Below are positions 50,595 to 62,384 of a DNA stretch of 64,000 bases, in pieces (position 1 is the stretch's first letter; each line of letters opens with the position of its first letter). The notes under the pieces were generated by a model. It was not told the DNA's origin, did not search any database, and saw only the letters and a list, made by a program, of their open reading frames with translations. A program made the position numbers and the translations under genes. The DNA comes from Mobula hypostoma (lineage: Eukaryota), in assembly GCF_963921235.1 (NCBI RefSeq), contig NC_086122.1, positions 32,488,001 to 32,552,000 on the forward strand. Direction: 5' to 3'.

Positions 50595-53500
50595 CTAAGC
50601 CAATTGAGCCAAATGGCCTAATTCTGCTCCTATATCTTATGGTCTTACAATTTTCACTGGCTCTTCCTTATCCAGCCTATCAGTTATATTCTTGAACTAC
50701 TGTATGTTTATCCCATATATTTTCCCTTTCCTGAATCTCATGTTGATTTAGTCTTCTCTTTTTCATTTGAAAAAAATGTCCTGCTATCACATCTTTATGC
50801 TTTATCCTAGTATTTTTCCTTCTACCAATGTGGGCTAGCCAGTCTGTGTATTCCTGTTGTTTTTTCCCCTTTCTTTTTAAACAATGGAGTTACATTTGCC
50901 ATTTCCAAACTTCAGGAACCATACCACAATTAAAGAATTGTGGTTAAGCTAAATTGATCTAAGTTGAGCCAAAGATTTGCATCTTACACTGTCAATGTGT
51001 AATATATTTCCTTCTGCCCACACACCTAAATTTAATGGCTTGGTGTTTTATTTTGTGATGTGAAGAATCTGGAGATTGACTCTTGAGTGGTGGAGATGAG
51101 TCTCTACCAAAGGAGGTGTAAAGCACGCATTCCCTGTGCTAACCTACAGGTCACCCTTGGGCAAGATGTTCTACCTGTTTAGCCCCTGATCAGGGTAACA
51201 TGAAGCCATGGTGAGCAGTTGGTGCACATCACAAGTCCTGGTTAGGCAACCACTGATGCCAGGCAGACAATCTCTGAAAGAGTGTTGATAATGGCTGGGG
51301 CCACCTGTCTTGTGAAAGTACTGGCCAGAAGAAGACAATGGCAAGCCACTTCTGTAGGAAAAATTTGCCAAGAATAGTCATGGTCTTGGAAAGACAACAG
51401 TCACCCACATCATACGACACGGCACATAACGAGCGAACGTGGAATTGACTGAAATTAAGATAATGATAATGACAGCATCAGCAGTAAGGACAATGAGAGT
51501 TTGAGAGCAAGACCAGTTAATACAAAAACAATGGATCATGTATTATAAAATTCATTTTTTATTAATTAACGCAAACATTTAAAATATAAGTATCAGCATA
51601 AAACAATACATTTCAGAGTGACAGTGTATTTATTGAGAGTATCCTTGGGACAAGAATCAATATACCGACAGTGCAGTGTAGGGAAGTGTATGGTCATGCA
51701 CTGTCGAAGAAGGGATAAAGGTGTAGACTATTTTCTGAACGAGAGCAAATTCAGAAATCAGAGTTGCAAAGGCACTTGAAGTGGGGGGGGATCTTATTGA
51801 AACCTAGAGTGAACATGAGAGGCTGTTTCCAATAGTGGGAGAGCGTAGGACCAGAGGGCACAATCTCACAATAGAAGAGTGTCCCTTGAGAACAGAAACG
51901 AGTAGGAGATTTTTTTTCATCCAGAGGATGGTGAATCTGTGGAATTCCTTGGCACAGACGGCTGTGTTTGTTGGCCAAGTCATTGGGTATATTTAAAGAG
52001 GAGGTCAAATGTTACAGGCGGAAGGCAGGAGAATGGGGTTGTGAGGCCTTGATAAAATGGTGGAGCAAAATTGAAGGGCCAAATGGCTTCATTCAGCTCT
52101 TATATCTCATGGTCATAAGTTAGCCAAGGGTGCAGTTAAACATGTGAATAACAGCAATGTTTTGAATTGGCATTATGAGGTAGCACCTGACCACAAAGCC
52201 AAACTTGATCTTCTAATTTATAGTTCAAGCAATCATTGTGGATTTTATACAAGGAATCCTTGCTGTATAAACCACAAATTATTAAACACTAAACAAAGAT
52301 GATCCATTCATTTTTAATATTATACCTGTTAGCTTTCAAATTTACATTAGATTGAAAATAGAGCCTTTAATTTCCTCGGAATGAGCATGGGTGAATTTTA
52401 AATTCCCATTGTAGAAAAGCAGGACAACAGATGCCTTTGAATCAATAAGATCAGCAGCTCACTAACATAAAGGTTTATTTTAACAATCAGAAGAACTAAG
52501 CCTTTTGATTACTATCATTGACTAAGTAACTTTCTATGGACTAGTGCAGTTATTTAGCTGGTGTGGACCAAAGGAATTAGTTCAGAGGCAGAAATGTTCC
52601 TACGTCAATGAAGCGGGAAGATCTAGGTTAATCCCACAATGTCCTGTGTGAAAATTTCATCAGAAGCAAAATGTTACCCTACAGCATAGAAAAATAGTAC
52701 ATCTTTCCGAAAAGGAATTTGTTTGGTGATTGAGATGATGTTGAGGAGCAGTAGGAGCAGCTTTGCTCCAATGAAAGCGGTAAATAAAATCAGTACCTGC
52801 CACACCAAAAACGAAAGTTTGATTTGAGCTTGGATTTCTTTAATGTAGTAAAATGCCCAAAGGTGTATAGGAGGGATTTTAGCTTTCTTAAAAGAAAGGA
52901 GTTAAAAGTTTAACTTGAATGTAAACTGCCTGGTTCATCATACAGTGGCTATCCATACTGTTGAAAGAACAAGTTTGTGAACCCTTTGCAATTGCCTGGC
53001 TTTCTGCATTAATTACTCATAAAATGTGAACACTGCCTGGCCTGCCGAGTTCCTCCAGCTCTTTGTGTTTATTACAAGTTAGAAACTGTTCGGCAACAAT
53101 CTCCTGCCCCAATTAAGCAATATAGGGTCCCAAATAAACTAAGAGAATCCTAGCTATTTTATTGATCAGTTTTTGTTCTTTAAGAGTTGTCCCAAATGAG
53201 TGGGTACACCATTTAACTGATGGACCAAACTAACTGGAATCCACTGCATTATCATATAAAATTCAGTCCAAGCCCTACTTTGTATTGTTAACCTGGCAAT
53301 AAATATCAGTGCTCCAGTATTTCATGAATTTTTTAAAAACTGCATTTTTCTTACATGCATTGGTACAACTGAATTTAAAACTAAAAACTGGTACTAAAGA
53401 AAAGGTACATATTGGTCGTGTGATCTGGATACTGATGAAAGACTATTTCATTAAACTGAAAATGTGTGCAGTTGGTATCTTACTTTATTCCTCACAACTG

Positions 53501-53765
53501 CAATATTAGTTATATCAGATTAAAGGTAAAATATAAAAAGTATTCAGTGAATGTTTATATTTACATCAATGAGTTGTTTAGAGCACTAGTACCCCTGTAA
53601 TATCACAAGAAAATAGGAAGAACACGAAAACTACTAGGTAGTTGGTATAACATTTTACTGAATATATTTTTCTGCAGAATTTTAATTAAATAAATTCTGC
53701 ATTGGGACACTATTAATAAGTTGTGCATATGTTACATTCTTGGTAAACTACCAGGGATGTTCAAG

Positions 53766-54272
53766 TAAACACGAGGAATTCTGCAGGTGCTGGAATTTCA
53801 AGCAACACACATCAAAGTTGCTGGTGAACGCAGCAGGCCAGGCAGCATCTCTAGGAGGTACAGTCGATGTTTCGGGCCGAGACCCTTCGTCAGGACTAAC
53901 TGAAAGAAGAGCTAGTAAGAGATTTGAAAGTGGGAGGGGAGGGGGAGATCCAAAATGATAGGAGAAGACAGGAGGGGGAGGGATGGAGCCAAGAGCTGGA
54001 CAGTTGATTGGCAAAAGGGATATGAGAGGATCATGGGACAGGAGGTCCAGGGAGAAAGAAAAGGGGGAGGGGGGAAACCCAGAGGATGGGCAAGGGGTAT
54101 AGTGAGAGGGACAGAGGGAGAAAAAGGAGAGAGAGAGAAAGAATGTGTGTATATAAATAAATAACGGATGGGGTACGAGGGGGAGGTGGGGCATTAGCAG
54201 AAGTTAGAGAAGTCAATGTTCATGCCATCAGGTTGGAGGCTACCCAGACGGAATATAAGGTGTTGTTCCTCC
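53766..54272 (-). mobile_element. Young Penelope-like 3' fragment with hammerhead
   Basis: Reverse complement of the 17.0-17.5 kb element; TSD ATGTTCAAG at 53757-53765 and 54273-54281. Confidence 0.85.
53862..53897 (-). ncRNA. Minimal type I hammerhead ribozyme motif, CpG-decayed stem III
   Basis: Minus strand AGTC CTGACGA A GGGT CTCG GCCC GAAAC ATC GACT. Confidence 0.65.
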
Positions 54273-54306
54273 ATGTTCAAGGTTAATTTATTATCAAAGT
54301 ACATAT

Positions 54307-54609
54307 TACTTATCTACTGTCTTTCTCGCTGCTGGTGCTTAAGGCAGCAATGAAGGCCCTCCGTGTTCATTGCTGCTTCCATAACAATTTTCTTTTGACC
54401 AGTCAGGGTTGTGAGTCCTGAGCTGAACCCCCAAACCTGGAGGACAGGTAGACGCTCTCAGTCTGGCCTCTGCCTTTTGATCTGCTTGGCATGGGTGACC
54501 CTACGAAGAATCAAAGCACAAGGCCCTGACTCTAGCCAGCATGGCTCTTCAGGTCATTGAGGCACGCAAGCCTCCAAACCCTATGACGAGGTTAAGGTCC
54601 TCTTAGAGA
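54307..54609 (-). mobile_element. Bipartite non-autonomous RTE (5'UTR fused to 3' end)
   Basis: Minus strand GGAGGCTTGCGTGCCTCAATGACC...GTAGGGTCACCCATG resembles RTE/Expander 5'UTRs and is followed by an RTE-like 3' end with TAAGTAA. TSD AAAGT(A/G)CATAT at 54296-54306 and 54610-54620. Confidence 0.6.
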
Positions 54610-55757
54610 AAAGTGCATATATGTCACCATATACATCCGTGAGATTTGTTTTCTTGCAGGCATACTCAGTAAATCCAAGAAACGTAATAGAATCGATGAA
54701 AGACTGCACCCAGCAAGATGGACAAACAACCAATGTAGAAAAGACACCAAACTGTGCAAATAGAAAAGAAAAAAAAAGAAATAATAATATAAACAAATAA
54801 ATAAATAAATAAGCAATAAAAATCAGGAACATGAGATGAAGAGTCCTTGAAAGTGAGTCCATAGGTTATGGGAACAGTTCAGTGATGGAGCAAGTGAAGT
54901 TGAGTGAAATTATTTAAGTTCAAGTTTAATTGTCATTCAACCATACATGAACACAGCCAAACAAAACAGCAGTATTGTTATCCCCACTGGTTTCAGAGCC
55001 TGATGGTTGAGGGGTAATATCTGCTCCTGAAGCTGGTGGTGTGAGTCCTGAGGCTCCTGTACCTCCTTCCTGATGGCAGCAGCAAGAAGAGAGCACGACC
55101 CAGATGGTGGAGGTCCTTTACCCATGAAGGACCGAGCCGTATTTGCTACTTTTTGTGGGATTTTTCTACAAATCCTTTCAGAGTCCTTTTTATTCCATTA
55201 CTTTTAATTAATATTTTGTATTTATGAAAATATTGCATGGTATTCTGCGGCTGCCTGAGCCTGTGATATGCAATGCATGTAGCACTTAATGGCCTATAAA
55301 ATTAATTTTCAGTTTTGTTCCTTGACCACAAGGACAGTGGACTTAGTGGAATAGGGAAGATACAAGCCACTCTCTGCAGCCACAAAAGTGTGCTTCAGAG
55401 GGTGTATTGCCTCTCAGAACTAGGAATAAGGACATATCCATGAGACCGGAAAGCATTAGAATCCAGTGTCATGGTCCAATAATATAATTAGAATTAAGAA
55501 ACGGGTTTAGCTGAGAGAGTTTAAGGAGCCAGGGTGTAAGTTAGCAAGCTGGAGAACAATGGTGGTAATGCCTGTATTTTGACCAGAAATGTTTGTAAAT
55601 TGCAAGGGTGTCACACAGATAGGAGAGTTGTACTTGTGGCTCAAAGTGTAGTATGGAGGTAAGGTGTTTTGATTCAAGGGACTCTGGAACCAGTACTGGG
55701 GAAAGGAGCTGTTCTTTTGGACAGGCTCACTTGAATTTTGAAAGGCACATACGTTTG

Positions 55758-56973
55758 AATGCTGTTCCTAGACTTTAGTTCAGCATTCAACACAATCATT
55801 CCTCAGCACCTGATTGGAAAGCTGAAACTGCTGGGCTGGAACACCTCCCTCTGCAACTGGATCCTAGACTTCCTGACTGGGAGACCTCAGTCACTCCGGA
55901 TTGGAAGCAGCTCTATAAGACCATCACACTGAGTACAGGCCCCCCCGCCCCGGGCTGTGTGCTCAGTCCACTGCTGTTCACTCTGCGGACCCACTGTGCT
56001 GCAACACACAGCTCAAACCACATCATCAAGTTCGCTGATGACACGATCATGGTGGGTCTCATCAGCATACAGAGAGGAGGTGCAGTGGCTAACAGACTGG
56101 TGCAGAGCCAACAACCTGTCTCTGAATGTGAACAAAACAAAAGAAATGGTTGTTGACTTCAGGAGAGCACGGAGCGACCACTCGCCGCTGAACATCGACG
56201 GCTCCTCTGTTGAGATCATGAAGAGCACCAAATTTCTTGGTGTTCACCTGGCAGAGAATCTCACCTGGTCCCTCAGCACCAGCTCCATAGCCAAGAAAGC
56301 CCAGCAGCGTCTCTACTTTCTGCCAAGGCTGAGAAAAGTCCGTCTCCCACCCCCAACCTCACCACGTTCTACAGAGGTTGTATCGAGAGCATCCTGAGCA
56401 GCTGCATCACTGCCTGGTTCAGGAATTGCACCGTCTCAGATCGCAAGACTCTGCAGCAGATAGTGAGGTCAGCTGAGAAGATCATCGGGGTCTCTCTTCC
56501 CGCTATTGCAGACATTTACACCACACGCTGCACCTGCAAAAGCTAACAGTATTGTGAAGGACCCCACGCACCCCTCATACAAACTCTTCTCCCTCCTGCC
56601 ATCTGACAAAAGGTACCGAAGCATTCGGGCTCTCATGACCAGACCGTGCAACAGTTTCTTCCCTCAAGCCATCAGACTCCTCAATACTCAGAGTCTAGAC
56701 TGACATCTACATCATTTATTATTATATTGTAAATAGTCATCCACTGTGTCTATTGTCTTGTTTATTAACTATTGTACTGCCCTGCACTGCTTTGTGCACT
56801 TTATCTAGTCCTGTGTAGGTCTGTAGTCTAGTGTTGCCTTGTGCTGTCTCACATAGTCTAGTGTAGTTTTGTGTTGTTTCATGTAGCACCATGGTCCTGG
56901 AGGAATGTTGTTTCATTTTTACTGTGTACTGTACCAGCAGCTTATGGTCGAAATGACAATAAACTTGACTTGA
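55758..56973 (+). mobile_element. Rex/Babar-type LINE, 5'-truncated
   Basis: RT motifs GCVLSPLLF, KFADDT, LNVNKTKEMVVDFR, KFLGV, KKAQQRLYFL, SFFPQAIRLLN; AATAAA and (CTTGA)n tail. Confidence 0.85.
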
Positions 56974-58015
56974 ATTGTACTGGATAGCCTAGTAATTAAA
57001 CGATCTTGTCCTGAAGTTTCTGGATGATGAGACCAAATATTCAATAATTTTTAATTAAGTTTTGTATAACCCTATTCTGTTATATTTTTATGGCTATTAT
57101 TGACAACGGGAACTTCTGCAGAGGAGTTAGCAGTTCAGTAATCGAACATGTGACGGAAGTTTGTTTTGTACCATACTTTCTCCAAAACAAAACTTCTTTC
57201 AGGGCAATTTTTAAAAATGCATTAAAGAAGAAATCTCGCACAAATTGGGTGAGAAACCTATCACCAAACACTAAAATAAAACACTTGTTGAACATGCAGT
57301 TAATCCATTGCAGAGTAATATTGTCTCAGCATCTGTTAGGAACTTTATTTCTTTAAAATGCACTGTGATTTTTTTTCTCTGCACATTGGGTATATGACTG
57401 TTTTTTTATGGGTTCCTCTCTACATTGGGTATTTGGACTTTTTTATATGGGTTCTTTTAGGTTTCTTTGTTTTGTGGCTGCCTGTTAGCAGACAATGTCA
57501 AGGTTGTATAGTGAATACATACTTTGATAATAAATGTACTTTGAACTTTGCATTTTCATTCTTCCGGCATGCTTTTTGCAGTGCAAAACTCCTGCCAAAT
57601 TATTGTCAAAAGGAGTGCAATATGTGAAGTTCTTCTGCAGTGAGAGTTTTAATATTACTGATTTGAAAAACGGCAGCTCCTCTTTACTCACAGAACACTC
57701 AACAATGTCGTGCAGCTAAACGGGGAAAACCAATGATGTTGTTACATGAACATCACAATGGTAGCATTGCAGTCAGCACGACAGTGTTACGGCTCGGGGC
57801 ATTGCAGCGTTCGTACTTCAATTCCAGTGCCATTTGTGAAGAGTTTGTGTGTTATTCTGGTGAACCATGTCAGTCAATCGGTCATTGTGAATGTCCTGTG
57901 ATTAGGCTAGAGTTAAGTAGGCGGGTTACTGGGCCGCACAGCTTGCTGGGCCACAACGGTCCACATTGTATCTCTAAATAAATAAGAAGGGGGCACCATG
58001 GCAGTGTAGCAGTTA

Positions 58016-58728
58016 GAACATAGAACAGTACAGCACAGTACAGGCCCTTCGGCCCACAATGTTATGCCGACCCGTAAACCCTGCCTCCCATATAACGCCC
58101 CCACCTTAAATTCCTCCATATACCTGTCTAGTAGTCTCTTAAATTTCACTAGTGTACCTGCCTCCATCACTGACTCAGGCAGTGTATTCCACGCACCAAC
58201 TGAGTAAAAAACCTTCCTCTAATATCCCCCTTGAACTTCCCACCCCTTACCTTAAAGCTATGTCCTCTTGTATTGAGCAGTGGTGCCCTGGGGAAGAGGC
58301 ACTGGCTATCCACTCTATCTATTCCTCTTAATTTCTTGTATACCTCTATCATGTCTCCTCTCATCCTCCTTCTCTCCAGAGAGTAAAGCCCTAGCTCTCT
58401 TAATCTCTGATCATAATGCATACTCTCTAAACCAGGCAGCATCCTGGTAAATCTCCTCTGTACCCTTTCCAGTGCTTCCACATCCTTCCTATAGTGAGGC
58501 GACCAGAACTGGACACAGTACTCCAAGTGTGGCCGAACCAGAGTTTTATAGAACTACATCATTACCCCGCGACTCTTAAACTCTATCCCTCGACTTATGA
58601 AAGCTAACACTCCATAAGCTTTCTTAACTACCCTATCCACCTGTGAGGCAACTTTCAGGGATCTGTGGACATGTACCCCCAGATCCCTCTGCTCCTCCAC
58701 ACTACCAAGTATCCGGCCATTTACTTTG
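58016..58728 (-). mobile_element. CR1 LINE 3' fragment
   Basis: LEYCVQFWSPHYRKDVEALERVQRRFTRM...SLERRRMRGDMIEVYK...TRGH..K; TTCTATGTTCTA tail. Confidence 0.9.
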
Positions 58729-58789
58729 TGCGATGCTATTGCAGTTCGGGCAGTCAGAGTTCTGAATTCAATTCTGGCATCCTCCATAA

Positions 58790-59425
58790 GATAGATAGAT
58801 AGATATACTTTATTAATCCCGAGGGAAATTTGGGTTCATTACAGCCGCACCAACCAAGAATAGAGCCTAAATATAGCAATACAAAAAACCCCAACAATCA
58901 AACAACAAAATGCAAACTATGCCAGATGGAAAATAAGTCCAGGACCAGTCTATTGGCTCAGGGTGTCTGACCCTCCACGGGAGGAGCTGCCCGTTCGATG
59001 GCCACAGGCAGGAACGACCTCCCGTGCCGCCAAGTGTTGTATCACGGTGGAATGTGGCTGAAGTCCAACAGTAAAAAGTTCAATATCCAGTCTGCAAACA
59101 TGTTCCTCGATCGTAATATGCCCCAGATTGCACCATCTGTTGTTAACCAGATCAGTAAGCACCCCATTCCTTTATGCTTACCGCTCTCGGTACACTTCCG
59201 GTCAGCCGGAACGGTATTACCCACCGAACTCCTCTTCTCCAAAGGTCTCCGTTGTCTCGACCTGGTCCTCTTTCCTCGACTTTGTGATCCCCCTCTGCAT
59301 CCTCTGTGTGTTTTCCTCCGGATTTCAGCAGGGGTGTCCGCCGCTCTGCTTGCTAAACCGGTTGGTATTAGCTGGTCCGTGGAATACACAATGCGACCTT
59401 GCTTCTGTCCCGCATGTCGAGATGT
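58790..59425 (-). mobile_element. Internally deleted Rex/Babar-type LINE (5' end and endonuclease fragment fused to the 3' end)
   Basis: Minus strand IVYSTDQL...RRKTHRGCRGG, then ADRKCTESGK...VNNRWCN...DIELF, then directly RSFLPVAI and a 3'UTR matching 46535-46717; (CTAT)n tail. Confidence 0.7.
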
Positions 59426-60626
59426 AAAGAGGATGTGGGTTTCCTCTGGGTGCTTTGGTTTCTTCCCAGGGTCCAAAGATGTACTGGTTTTTAGGTTAAA
59501 TGGTCATTGTAATGGGTAATCGTTAAGCAATTTTGAATAAAGAGGTGAGTTGCTGGGCAGCCGGGCTTGTTGGGCTGAAGGGGCTTGTTCCACACTGTAT
59601 CTCCAGATAAATAAAATAAAATAGTATGTCTCATCTGCTGTTGTTACTCTTTGTGCAACTTTAAGAAGCAGTGTTAAAATAATGATCATTGGGGTCTCTC
59701 TCGCACCCATCAGATATATTTATGCAGGGCCCTTAGCATCCTATCCGTCCAACAATCTCTTTGACCCCCCTCCTCGTTATCAGGCAGGAAGTACCGAAGC
59801 ATTAGGACACAAACTGTTAAGATGGGAAACAGCTTCTTCCCCCAGACTGTGCGACTACTCCACCCAGGTCTCATCACGTTTGAAGTGCCACTAGTGTTAC
59901 ACTGTCTACTTCCTAATTAGTATTGTACAGGCACTTCATGTGTTAGGTGTCTGCGCTAAATATACTGTGTTGTGCACCTTGCTCTGGAGAAACGTCGTCT
60001 CGTTTGGTGTTATAAATGTGTACGGGTGAATGACAATAAACTTGAACTTGTTTTAGGCCAAAAAAAGTGGCGTGGAGCATCTTTTCTGCTTTTGTGTATG
60101 TTTAGGATAATTCACATTAGACATTAAAATACCTTTGCCAAGTTGAAACAGAAGGTTTTAGACAAACGTTTAGAGTTACTTTCCTTCAGTCGTTCGATCC
60201 CTGTGAATTTTCTGTTGTAATTTTGCAGCATTCTGTTGGGTATAATAGATTTGGATGACAAAACATTATTGAATCCCACAGATTTGGATTACTTTTTCCA
60301 TTGTAATTCTGTGGTTGTTAGATTGGATTGTAATGAGGTCGAGGACTCGAATTCTGGTGCTGCAGCATACATTGGCCACATCCTCAAATGGAAAGCTAGT
60401 CCACAATATCTTCTCAGTTTCATTATATCAATGTCAGCTGTTACTATCTTTTTCCAATTACTGTTCTCATGGTTAGTTAAAATTAGTGGTTATAAGTGAT
60501 GTTTTAAGTTCTTTACCTGTTCGTTATTTCTCTTTTCCTGACTCTTGAAAGATTTGGGCATTGTTGGTATTCTCGGCCACTACACAGGTGCACATTCATG
60601 TTGCGACTAGACAGAAAGTGCCCTAT

Positions 60627-60790
60627 CCACAAGATGCTTGAGGAACTCAGCAGACCAGGCAGCATCTATGGAAAAGAGTAAATGTCGACTGTTGTTCTTC
60701 TCCATAGATGCTGCCTGACCCGCAGAGTTCCTCCAGTATTTTGTGTGTGTTGCTTTGGATTTCCAGCATCTGCAGATTCTCTTGTGTTTG
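60627..60790 (+). mobile_element. Penelope-derived fold-back insertion
   Basis: About 58-bp imperfect inverted arms centred on GTC|GAC 60684-60689; TSD AGAAAGTGC(C/A)CTAT at 60613-60626 and 60791-60804. Confidence 0.75.
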
Positions 60791-61166
60791 AGAAAGTGCA
60801 CTATGACTAGAATGGTTATCACAGCCAGAATAGACTCCATCCTCAAGTTTGTCAGATTTTTTTTCCTTGGTTTCTTGCCCACATTGCTGTTCAGGATCTG
60901 GTAGCATGTGTGTATTTTCTTCAGAGTGCAATTTCGTAGACCTGGTCAAGCTCATAATAGTGCTGGAAGAGATCATTTGACCCATATAGTCCAACACCAT
61001 GAATTTAGTGAGTGTAAAACTTAAAAATAAATAAAGTTACAGCTAAATTGTAAACGCAAACCTTTAGATTTTATCAAATTAAGTTTTATTTAGAGATACA
61101 GTGCAGAATAGGCCCTTCCGGACCTTCGAGCCACACCACCCAGCAACCCCTGATTTAATCCTAGAC

Positions 61167-61250
61167 CAGATATTCCCAACCTGGGGTCCACGACCCTCTC
61201 GGTCAATGATAGGGGTCTATGGCATTTTAAAAAAAGGTTGGGAACCCCTG
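61167..61250. mobile_element. Short hAT (Charlie-like) MITE nested in a SINE
   Basis: TIR CAG..TTCCCAACCT / AGGTTGGGAACCCCTG; 8-bp TSD TCCTAGAC/CCCTAGAC. Relatives at 26515-26584 (TSD TTCTAGGG/CTCTAGGG), about 13647-13706 and about 49040-49087. Confidence 0.75.
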
Positions 61251-61634
61251 CCCTAGACTAATTAAGGAACAATTTACAATAATCAATTAACATACTAACC
61301 AGTACATCTTTAGACTGTGGAAGGAAATCAGAGGATCCAGAAAAAAACCCACACATTCCACGGGGAGGACGTACAGACTCCTTACAGATGACTTCAGAAT
61401 TGAACTCTGAACTCCAATGCCCAAGTTGTAAAAATGTCGCAACTTCTAGCTTTATTTACAATGTTAGTTATTAGCAAGCAGCCCGCCACTTGTGGATTCA
61501 ATGTCAGCTAGGAGTCTTATATTTTAAAAATATTTTTCAAGTTAGCAATACTAATAATAAAATATTTGATGGTATTTATTTACAACTGAATACAGTTTAT
61601 ATTCCATTAGTTGAGGATAGTGTTAGTGTGACTA

Positions 61635-62384
61635 CACTGGACAACAAATTTTTTCGAAAGTTGTTGCTTCCTCAGAAATATTCTGTTTATGGTAGAACAC
61701 ATGAAGTTGAACGTAAATATAATTTCAGACTACTTGTATCATGTAGGAATTTGGAGAAACAAGAAATTAACTTTTATTGAATATAATGCAATTAATTGCA
61801 TAACAGCGCTGCTGCTTTGCAATAGTTCAACTAAGCTAAAAATATTTTGTTGATGATTTTTGTTTGTACTCAGTGTCTGAGGCTTCTCGCTTAAATGTCC
61901 AACAATAATCAGCCAGCATTGATGGATTTCAGTTGCCCTGATACAGTTTCACCATGACCACAATGTCATGGTGAAACCTTTCATCATGCACGTCACTGAC
62001 AGTGCCACGATTTGCAGGGAAGAGGTCTAATTGGTTTGTATGATTGAAGCATGTTGTCAACCATCTGCACATAGTTTGGTGCTCTGTAGTTGCCAAGAAA
62101 ATTTTCAACAATGCCTTCCATGCAATTTTCTCCAGTCCCACTAGAAGTTCTTTGAATTGCTTGTCATTGATTACCTGTTTGATTTGTGGGCCAACAAAAA
62201 TGCCTTCCTTAATCGTGGCATTAATTATTCTGACTTGAATTATGAATTGAAATAACAAATATAGGTATTTCCAAAAAAATGGTGCATGATTGGGACATTT
62301 CATGGTGATTTTCATGATCAGCACCCCAAAATCCATAAGGTACACTCAAAAGTATTCAGGAAACAAAATCTTTATTGTCCAGTG
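61635..62384 (-). mobile_element. Chapaev3-type DNA transposon deletion derivative
   Basis: TIR CACTGGACAA...TTGTCCAGTG, 3-bp TSD CTA/TTA. Transposase fragments IKEGIFVGPQIK and DLFPANRGTVSDVHDERFHHDI resemble the Chapaev3 SDExGERFHQD motif. Confidence 0.75.
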
